Of a stretch of 64,000 nt of DNA, positions 51,254-61,500 are shown piece by piece. The stretch is from NCBI GenBank assembly GCA_030295235.1, contig AP026147.1, positions 248,001 to 312,000 of the forward strand. The letters are read 5' to 3'. The DNA comes from Fistulifera solaris. Lineage: Eukaryota. A model generated the notes under the pieces. That model was not told where the DNA came from. It worked only from the letters and a program-made list of their open reading frames with translations, and made no database searches. Position numbers and translations under genes: made by a program. Numbering within the stretch: position 1 is the first letter of the stretch; every line of letters begins with the position of its first letter.

Positions 51254-53178
51254 CTAGCGACTCAGAACTCCGAATTCGGTAAGAGCACTGCGGAAGGATT
51301 CGCGGCGTTCTAGCTTCTTGTCGACATCGCCTGTAGCGCAGGGTGGGAAAGCACAGCCTCGATTGACGATACCTGACACGGAGTCAATGAACGCATCCGA
51401 TGTCATTCCCGTGTCGACAAATTCTTTCAAGGCAGTATAGTAGTCAAAACCGTCTTCTTTGTGTTCTTGCACTGAGGAAATCCAGTAAAACATACCCGCG
51501 ATCCATTTGAGTTCTGGATATTGTGCACTCGAACAGATCAATTGCGGATTTTTGCAAAAGTCGTATTCCGGATACCGGCTGGGACGGCCTTCGTCGGCCG
51601 CGCGTTTGCCCAGGTAATAGTTTAATTTTCCAAAGTTGCAAGGTCCCGTAGTTTGAATCACACCGCGTCCCCACCAACAGCAACCTTCCACATCGGTCCG
51701 ACCACTACCATTGGCAACGGGCTCGTCATTGATCTCACAACCGGCCTGTTGTCCTTCATACACGGTGCACAATTGAGGAGGATTGGCCCACGGCCGGTTG
51801 CATTGACAGTTGTAATTCCAATATCCGGTTTGAGGGTAAACCGATTTAGGACCGCACTTCATGGGAGCCGGTGCGCCGTACCATTTGGCGTGGGTCGTTG
51901 CCGTTATGGTCATTTCGGGATCAATTTCGCATGCCATATCTTCCTCTCCCGCGGGACATTTGTAGTCCTGATACGACTGACCCAACTGCCCGCAGGAGTT
52001 ACTGATCGGATAACGTCCATTAATCAAATCCCATGAGTTTTCGTCACATACATCGTACTGAATAGATTCCTGCATACTTTGACCCAAAAAGGCTGCCACA
52101 TTGACTAAACCGTAATTGACTCCATTTGCGCCCCCATCTTCTCCCATGTAGAATTTCAAGTTGGCAACACCATCCTGATACATGTATTTCAGAGCATCAA
52201 TCATTCCTTGATAACGGTAGACCGTTGATGGCTGCCAAGTATTCGTCGGAGTTAGTGATCTCAGTAGATTGTTGTTGATGCCATCTTCGACGCTATCTAA
52301 AGTAGCGACGACCTGTTCTCCAATAGGAAACGTCCCCGCCGCAAACGTGGGATTGGGTGTGGTGGGTTTTGGAGGAGCCGTGGGGGTTGCGTTACCGGTG
52401 CGGGAGTCGCCGGAATGACCGGAGGATTGGTGGGTGGCGTCGGGGCGACGGGAGCCGCGGTCGGGCGAAAGTCCGGCTGTCCACACGCATCCGCGAGACA
52501 GGGTCCGTTGGGAAAGGAACAAGCTCGTCGTGTTTCGTCAAAGACAGTACCCGGTGCACACGATTGATAGACTGTGCTGACAACACCATCCGTGCATTGA
52601 TAGAACGAATCACAGTCTGGGAATTTTCCTTTCAACCCAGTGAATCCTGGGGCACAACAGCGACCATCCGATTCGACGACTGTTGTGGGTGTGGGTGCTA
52701 CAGCAGTAGGAGTTGGTGCTGTGGGAGATGTAGCTGTAGGAGGTGTTGCAGTTGGAGATGGTGCTGTAGGAGGTGTAGCTGTAGGAGGTGTTGCCGTAGG
52801 ACTCGGTGCTGTCGGAGTAGTGACAGTAGGAGTCGTTCCAGCGGGCGCCGCGACAGGGCTCGGGATCGGTGCCGCAGATGACGCAATGGGAGCACGAACA
52901 GGGGCGGTCGTGAAGGAAACAGCGGGGCCCGCAAACGGCGCCCCATCGTCGTTGATCGAACTGACCTCGTTGTTTCGATTTCCCGATGTGACTCCGACTG
53001 GAATAGCAATAACCAGAATCACCAGAAGGATAGCTAGCGCAATCGAAGCATACTTCCAGTAATTTGTAGACTTCTCTTTCACGGGCTCATGTGAAGGGAT
53101 CTCTGCTTTTGTCTGGATTTCTTCGTCCGGCAGAGGCTGCTCGGTGAATTCTCGTGTGAATGTACTTTCTTCTTCCAT
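51254..53178 (-). CDS. Membrane-anchored GH19-type chitinase with a CBM14-like chitin-binding domain; frameshift at the G-run near 52384
   Basis: N-terminal [24 protein letters not shown] linker; CDSFYQC..C.PGTVFD....[39 protein letters not shown]. Confidence 0.85.
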
Positions 53179-54578
53179 GTTTCCTTCTTGAATACAAAAG
53201 ATCTTCAGTCTTCGATCTTCTCAAGTCAGTGTGATGAATGAGTGAATGAATGAAAGATCTTCGAATAAAGCAAGAATGTCGATTGATTTTGTTTTTCGTC
53301 CTTCTTCGTCACTTATTGGATGGCCTTTTGCAACGATCGCGGAGTTCCATGTTGCATGCCGACTTGGTTCCCGAATGGTTTTGAAACTGGAAGGATAAAG
53401 CCTACTTGCATGTGGGGCAATAGTACTCTTTTTGTATCTGAGATCCAGCTTCTTACCAATTATAGACTAGTAAGGAAATCGGTACACGCTACTATGATAT
53501 ATAAAGTTAGTTATGTTTTTCATCTGCGTTTCGATCTTCATACAAGAATGTACAGGTGCGCGAGATAATATTGTTCCGCGAAACAAGAAAGCAAGAAGGA
53601 AATAGCGGAGCAATAATGCAAGCATTCTATGTGCAAAACAACAATCAAGACACTATATCATAAGTAGTAGCGTCATCGACGAAACAACAATCAATCTTTT
53701 GGATGGCAAGATGATGGAAAAGATGTTCATCTCATTTTTATGGAGCCGAGATCCATCAAACGCTTTCTCCAATGAGTCGCTTTCCACAACACGTCCTAAT
53801 GGCTTTTATCAATGAGGAATAACACTTCTTCTTCGAGTCTTGTACTTTCACCATTGCAATTTGTGAGCAGAAGACGATGTGAATATCAATATGCCTCTTT
53901 CGTGGTTCATAAAGTGCTCAGAATTGATGAGACTTTTCGAAACTACGAGCAAACGGAGTATATGCTTTAATAAATGGAGGTCGTTAAATTGTTTTCATCG
54001 AGGGTGTGTTCCTGTCTCACGACAAGGAGAACATTGCGGTCTCGTCGCAAAAGTTCGATTTTCAACTCGGAGCGTTTTCACTCCTTCACCAGCGACAAGT
54101 TGCTCCGGTTGAGCCGCACACATCCAAAGAACAGCCTGAAATGATCGTTGACGCCAAGCGATGCTCTTGACGTCGCCTAGTTCGTTTGATCATGCCGCAG
54201 CTCGATAACGATCTTCATTCCGGCGTTTCGTCTGTCAGTGCCCTCTCCATAACAGAAAATCCGTCTCTCCTCGAAAGTGTTATTTGGTGTTATAGTCTGA
54301 AACACCAATTGAACGCTGGTCTTCAAACCCCATTATTTTTCTTTCAGATTCTCTGGTCTCTAGTCTCTCTCTAGCTCTTTAGTAAATTTTTTAGAGGGAT
54401 CGCATTCTTTCCGTCTACTTCGTATTATGTCTAATGTCTGATCGGCTCTGAATATGACATAGTACAAGTACCGGTTGAATATTCCCGTTGTAAACGATCT
54501 TTCATCGTTGCGCGCGATCATCGGCATTTCCTTTCTGCTGAAGGAAACAACAAACCATCGGAAAAAAAGTACTTCACC

Positions 54579-55367
54579 ATGAAATATACCATTATCTTTG
54601 CCGCTTTTTGTTCACTCTCGCTGGCATTGGAGCCTTCGTCGCCGTTATCGAGGCGCCGCACATTTTCCATCACGGCAGCTTCCATCGCGGCCATTTCGAG
54701 ACCGTCTGTCGCAGTCGAACCCTATCCGTTTGAAGCCCGCGATCGCAAATCGAATCAAGGTGCTATCATTCGTGAAGATTACTGGTATTTAGTAGGAAAA
54801 GTTCCTCCGCGTCAGCTGTCGGGTCCACTCAAAGCTGATGATCCGCAATGGAATGCCTTTGGCTCTTGTACATCGAACGCTGTGACGGGCAATTCCTGCA
54901 CTTACGTGTCTCTTAAACAGCGGGCCCCAGCGTATTCCAAATATAGTTTTGCCCTGTCGTACGGAGCAAAGGAATACGCGAAACTAGGTCAACTGCTGCA
55001 GCAGCGCATCGCCCTGAGCCCCACCGATGAGACACTCTGGGACGAAGCCAGGGAATATTTAGTCACTCCCATGAAGTCCATCCCTCCGGCTATCATTGAT
55101 GCCGAACTGAAGGGCGTACTGTTTGCGACAGCCATGACGACCTCTCCGAATTTCCCCGGTCCCACGCGAGAATTGTTGGTGGCCCGCTTCTACATGAATG
55201 AAGCCCACTACGCGTCGCAACAAATGCTGGCCGCTGTGGAGAAAAGAGACATTGTGCGAGCTATTCAAGCATGGGAATTTGGTAAGGATTCGTGGAATTC
55301 TTACTTTCAAATCGTCAATCGATCGATTGTTCCCAAGGTGGGAGAGAAATTTGAACAAATTGTGTAA
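54579..55367 (+). CDS. Hypothetical protein, probably plastid thylakoid-lumen targeted
   Basis: Signal peptide followed by a twin-Arg-like SRRRTF, a hydrophobic stretch and an AxA-type site. Confidence 0.65.
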   Translation: MKYTIIFAAFCSLSLALEPSSPLSRRRTFSITAASIAAISRPSVAVEPYPFEARDRKSNQGAIIREDYWYLVGKVPPRQLSGPLKADDPQWNAFGSCTSNAVTGNSCTYVSLKQRAPAYSKYSFALSYGAKEYAKLGQLLQQRIALSPTDETLWDEAREYLVTPMKSIPPAIIDAELKGVLFATAMTTSPNFPGPTRELLVARFYMNEAHYASQQMLAAVEKRDIVRAIQAWEFGKDSWNSYFQIVNRSIVPKVGEKFEQIV

Positions 55368-55461
55368 ATTATAAAACTTATGAGAGAGTTGTGAAAACAC
55401 GGGGGTGCACGTCGGTTGGGTTTTGTCAAGGCAATGAAATGCATTTTCAACTGTGGAGTCG

Positions 55462-56467
55462 TTATGCGGCCGAGTTCTGAGCATCAGCCTCTTCGCGAGC
55501 TTTCATCTCCAGTATCTCGGCAGGCCTTCCTCCAATCACGCGATACTTGAAGCAACCCAATACTCCCGAAAATAGTACGGTTCCTATCACAGGATAATAC
55601 CCGAAATAGTTGAGTCCTAATTCTACCAAATAGGCCAAAATGAACTCGTAACTCTTGGCATCGCCGACGGCAAACACTTTGTACTGTGTATCACCCGCAG
55701 CGTAGCTATCGACTTCGTCCGTGTCGACATTGCCAGCGTCAATGGCACTGCGCAAAGTTACGGCAAAGGTAGCTAAGGCGCTTACCACAATAACACTCAG
55801 GACGATGAACAAGACGCCCGTGCTCCGGTAACGGTCCACTCGTGCCGTCATGCCTCCCTTGGTATCCATACAATACGTGCAGGCCGCCAGCGACCATATG
55901 ACATTGTCATAAAGCGCGTGCAAGGCCGCCCCAATGGTCCAAAGAGCTGTCAATAAAGAGTAGAAAAATACTTTGTGAGATGGATTTCTAAAGAAGAACA
56001 TCCATTGGTATTTTTCGCGTACCAATGTTGCCGTTCGTGACTTGCAAGCTTGTCACGTGATTGTTAATCGATTCGGTTCCAGTGGCGTTGTATTGCACGG
56101 TCACATATTCTCGCTCGTAGTCACTATCCGTAAAAACAAAGCCGAGGTAGATAATGTTGGTAATCGCCAAACCGAAACAAAAACTCCCTATCAAGCTCAA
56201 GATACGGACGTTTCTGGTGACGGGATGATGTCGGTGATGACAAAAGATCCCGAAGAGGGGATGATTGTTCATCAAATACTGCCAAAGATCTTGCTGCCAG
56301 TTGTTTCCAGGAATATGGTAGCAACGCATAATAAAGTAGGGATACAACTTGTCTCGTAGAGCTTTTTCCTGGGGTGACAGTAAGTCGCTTTCGCTGTTTT
56401 GGGATGATTCCTTCTTTCCTTTCGCGGAAGACGTTGCTTTCTTTCCTGCTTGTGACGAAGATACCAT
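55462..56467 (-). CDS. Hypothetical multi-pass membrane protein; frameshift near 56020
   Basis: ORFs 55988-56467 and 55462-56025 overlap in different frames; NNHPLFGIFCHHRHHP motif; about 4 TM segments. Confidence 0.6.
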
Positions 56468-57183
56468 TGTGCAAGGCTGTAAAGTTGATCTGCAAGTATG
56501 TCTTCTTCAAGTTGTCACGTGAGTGTTGCAACAATAATGCCTTTTGCTTTTGTGAGGACCAATAAAGACGAAAGCCTTTTTGTCAAAAAAGCGGCGGAGT
56601 ATTGAAAAAGCAAACCTGGGAACGAGAATCACGATCTAGATTTAGGTACTCCAGTACACAACACTATAGAAAGGTCTCATTCGTGGTCTTCACTATAGAC
56701 TATAGACCCACTATCTTATCCGTTTTTCGCCAAGACTGAAGTTAGTCACGGTTCATGATCATGGAGTGACTACAACCTTTATGTTGAATGCTTGATACAG
56801 TCAACAATGAATGAAGTTCATGTCCAAACAAACGAATGATAGTTGTACAACTTCGCTTGAACGCACCATCTAGTTTGTTGCGCGCCTAAAAGCTTCCGTG
56901 TCCTGGATAGGCTATGTTGTATAGTCCCAAAGCGTGGGCGACTTTCATCAAGACTGGATTTCCAGTCGTGAGTCACGAAATGCTTTATTTTGCTGTGCAT
57001 ATTTTTTGAAACTGTGTGACTATGTTGACCTTTCTCATAAGATGAAAATCCAGCAACAAAGAAACAAACTTCTTTAATTTTAAGTAATCTTCTGTAGCAA
57101 AGAGAGAGTTCGAGCCGACTGGTTGTCTAAAAATTCGTGCCGTTTATAGACTCTCTTATCAATCCACAAAAGAAGCAGATTGC

Positions 57184-58541
57184 ATGGCTTTGCTAGCATC
57201 GCTTCGTCGGCGAAAGATACTAATTCTGTTGTTATTTTCGGTTTCTTTGACTTTGCTATGCATCCGCAGTTTGAAGCTGGTACCAGATGTGCCCACGTCA
57301 ACGATCCTATTCAATGAGACACTCGAACTAGCCGCCTTCCATGCCCCACGTGCATCAATAATTCACATCGATGATCGTTTACCCCTCGACCAACTTGTGG
57401 ATCCCCACAACAACACCATTATCGGTGACGTGCAGTTTCTTCTGGACTTCTCTATCATTGGTTTCGGGAAATGCGGTACTTCGACCATGATGCATTGGTT
57501 GGCGGGTCATAAGGAAATTCGAAGTTTCCGGAGGGAAGTCTGGGATCTCGTAGGATTCCGTCCCGACAAACTCATTCGTCGTTTATATCAAGATCTTCCC
57601 GCGGGGAATTACAAGCGAGGCTATAAAGTACGTTTGTGTCCTTTTCTGTGATTATTCCGCTTGCTTTGGCTCACGAGGCCGTTACTGGTCCTTTACTTTT
57701 TGGTGACAAGTCTCCAGGAGAAATCTCGCAAGGTCATGTTTTGGATTATTATCGTACGTTCTTCCCCAAAACAAAGTTACTGGTTGGAGTCCGTCATCCC
57801 GTTCGATGGTTTGAGTCACTCTACAGTACGTTCTGCTTTGTCTCTTATGCCAATGAAAGGATGAATACTCATCGATCACTCTCTTCTGCTTCGTTCAGAT
57901 TTCCGTATCCAAAACTTTTATCGTGGGGAACAAATGCCAGAACCGAACAAATTGATCGGTCTCTGCGCGCGAGGTATGAGACAGTGTTGTACCGAGAAAG
58001 GGAATTTCGCCTACAATCTCTTATTGTTAGGAAAGCATTTGGAGGGAACGAACTCGTATCCGATGACAGCGCTCGAGAAGAGTATTGTGGGACGGACGAA
58101 GCGAACTTGGTTCAACACGTCCACTGTACTCGGCGTACCCAATCCTGTCTTTATCTTTGATATGCATCAGTTAGCCGATGACAGTGAAGAACGACAGATT
58201 GCATTTCGCAAGGATGTCCAGAATTATCTGGGTCTCGCTACGGAACTTCCTCCCCCTGGTAACCACAAACCGGGACGTAAGTGGGATATGAAAACGCAAC
58301 AGAAAAAGGACCAGGCCAAGATTGATATTTGTGACGCGAAACATATTCCAGTGCGGAATGAATTGATGAGATTAGCGAAACGAAATTCCGAATGGATTCG
58401 GACGGTCTTTTGGATAGTCCGAATGTATTCTATAGCTCACGACCCTATTTAGAAAAACTCTTGTCCGATTGGATGACGGATCCTTGTTCTAACGAGACTG
58501 AAATTGTTCATTACAAGGGTCCGACTCACAAAGTTCCGTAA
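57184..58541 (+). CDS. Golgi type II sulfotransferase (PAPS-dependent, heparan-sulfate sulfotransferase-like); 2 introns, frameshift near 58408
   Basis: N-terminal TM; 5'-PSB FSIIGFGKCGTST; GYK-SP; 3'-PB VRHPVRWFESLY. Confidence 0.8.
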
Positions 58542-58597
58542 CGATGATAACTTCTATCATCGATTGCGCTTAGTCTGTTACAGCATTCCAAGACCCG

Positions 58598-61500
58598 TTA
58601 ACTAAAGTAATTGATAAACTTATTTCTTTTATCCACAAAGAAATTCTGAGCTCGTGCCTTCCAACTCGCATTGACATCCCCCTTGTGTTGAACAACAAAA
58701 GTACAACATTCGGATCCAGAAGGGCATGTCACTTCTGGGTTGTCTCCGCCGCAGTCCAAGTAAAAGATAGGACGTGTTGTAGTAAACGCATCACAAACAG
58801 TGGAGGAAACAGAACCTTGGATGGAATTGTCTTCAAGTCGAATCGTAGTTAATCGTCGTAGTTGTGATACTTCGTCGGGAATGGACCCAGTCAACCTGTT
58901 GGACTGCAGCAATAGGTTAAGAAGACCATTCAGCATGCCTACTTGCGTAGGAATTGCCCCTTCCAATCTGTTTGAGGAAAGATGCAAGTTGCGTAAATTG
59001 GTTAACATTCCGATCTGGGTTGGAATCGCTCCGCTCAAACTATTTCTGCTCATGTCCAAGGTAATAAGGTTGGTCAGATCGCCAATGTTACCCAGAATAG
59101 GCCCAGTCAAGGCATTGTTGTTCAAGCGCAGCGTCTGTAAATTCGACAAGTTTCCTAAGCTGCTATCCACTGAAGTAAATGCATTTCCTTCGACGTTAAG
59201 TTCTCTAAGTCCGGAAAGGCCGCCCACTTGCACAGCGCCGTTAAATTCGTTGTTGTTCAAAGTCAGCTTCTCCAGGCTGGCCAAAATCGACAATGAATAC
59301 GGAATCGACCCTGTGAGGAAATTTAGCCCACAATCTAGTTCCATCAGCGATGTCATCGACTCAAATGTATCAGGTAAGCTACCTGACAAACGGTTAAAGC
59401 CCATATTGATCAATTCTACATCTGTCCAGGCACCCAGTTCAGGTGGAATACTACCACTCAGAGCGTTGCCGAAGACGTCAAACGAAACAAGGCTTGTCAA
59501 CGAGCCGATCTCGACAGGAATTGGTCCACTGATTCTTTGGGTTGTACCACCGCTAAGTCCTACACGTAGGAGGTTGGATAAAAGCGCCAATTCTGCAGGA
59601 ATCGACCCGCCGACTTCATTGAAGCCAAGGTCTAAGTTTTGAAACACGCCATTCTCATCGCAAACAGGAATTCTAGTCGAACGCGTGAACCACCCGCATT
59701 CATCTTCTTCGGTAAGCCATCCTTGTGAGCTTGTCCAGTTACCGCCTTTCGTGCTATAATAAAATGTTGCCAAGCTATATCGTTGAATCAGCTTTTCATG
59801 TGGTAAAGTGGTGACGTTAGGGTCGTTCGCCAGCCAATTGAACGCGTCATTTTGCGAGGTACCCGGCGTGGCGATATTTGTGCCACCATCGGAGCTCACT
59901 GATGATAGTAGCTCAAACAACTCTGCCCGCTCTGGCACCCTCGTTGGGCTTGCAATATTAGTAGGACTAGCAACTGGGGAAAGGTCCGTGGGTGGATCTG
60001 AACTTGGTGACGCGACAGGTGGTGGAGGGTTCGGATCCAGTGGCGTGGGAGCTGTTGTGGCCGGGGCTCTCGATCGCAACAAAGGAGACGGCGCGGATGT
60101 GGGCGCGTCAGTGTCTTGCGCAGGGGGTGAAGGAGCGTCTTTGTTTCTCTGCGCTACGGCCAGACCGATTGAGAGAGGTGCCGCGACCAGGAATAGGATC
60201 AACAGGCCGCAAAGAAGGAATTGGCGGCGCTTTCGCGGGGCTGGATGTTGCATGGTTTGAGACTTCTTAGCTGTATCACGAGAGCCGGCAAGTTCTGTTG
60301 GACCCGAGGCATCTTGTTTTGGCGGCAATGTGGCTGACAAAGTAGAGTTTGGGACAGTAGATGGTTGAGGAGATGTAGCAAGAGTAGGGCCAGCGACATC
60401 GTCTTTCTTTTCGCTTTCGTGTGCTTGTTCTTGCAAAGGATTTGCTTTATTTTGCCTTGGTCTTTTTTCCATTATAGAAGGTCTCTTTTCTCCCTTGTTC
60501 TGTGACATAGCTCTCGAAATTGTTGCGGCTATGCGTTGTCGATTGAGGTCTTGAATTGGCGGGGGCTCATTTGGTGAGATATTTGGACTTGGCTCTACAT
60601 TTTCTTGTGTAGTAACAGTTGACACTGCTGGAGCTGTTATTTGCTGTTTCAGATTTTGCTTAGGAGGCTCATCATCTGCAGAGGCTTTGACACCGAGACT
60701 AACTCCACTCTGGGCTGTAACTCTCGCAATTGTTGCAGCTATGCGTCGTCGATTAAGTTCCTGTATTGTAAGTCCTTCATCTGTAGAGGCGCTAGGTCCG
60801 ACAATACTTTGTGCTGGGGTTGGCATATCAGGTTCAGTTGTTTCGGAACGAGCAGAGTTGACAGTGTTTGAAATTATCGCAACAGGAACGTCGTCATCTG
60901 TCGCTGCAATGTCTTGATCCAAATCTTCTTCGGAAGATGATTCACTGTCGGCAAGATGCCTGGAGTTTCTATTCGCAAGGTCGTCCGGCACGCTAATATC
61001 TGGTTGCGATTCCATCGAACTATCCGATTCACTCATCGATGGATCCTCTAGGTTTTCTGAATGAAGCACCTCTTTTGTCGACACAGGTGCATTGGGACCG
61101 GTGCCTGTGGCCAGAGCACTGTGATATTGCATATAGCGAGGTAAAGAGGACGCTGTGGGTTCGCTCGTGCCATCATTCGTGGAAGACATGACACCCGCTG
61201 TTACCGCCGCTGCTCCGACAGAAGCCACTGTTGCCGCTGCTGCGATACCAATCCTGTTTTCATCAGATCCCTTTTCATCTTTACCAACTGCGTCATCAGT
61301 ACTTGAACCCATAGGACTTTTCTTCGCAAGCGTATTGCGATACTGCATGTAACGAGGCATAGACGATGTCTCAGGCTGACTGGTGGCATCCGGTGCTGTG
61401 TTACTGTCGGTAGACGATAATGATGTCTTAGGAGGAACGACAGAGTTTTCGGCTGCCGCTTCTTTGGCCACTGTGCTCTGCGAAAGTGAATCACGATACC

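Noticed and set aside
58800..59642. 280-aa plus-strand ORF
   Set aside because: Antisense shadow of the LRR repeats
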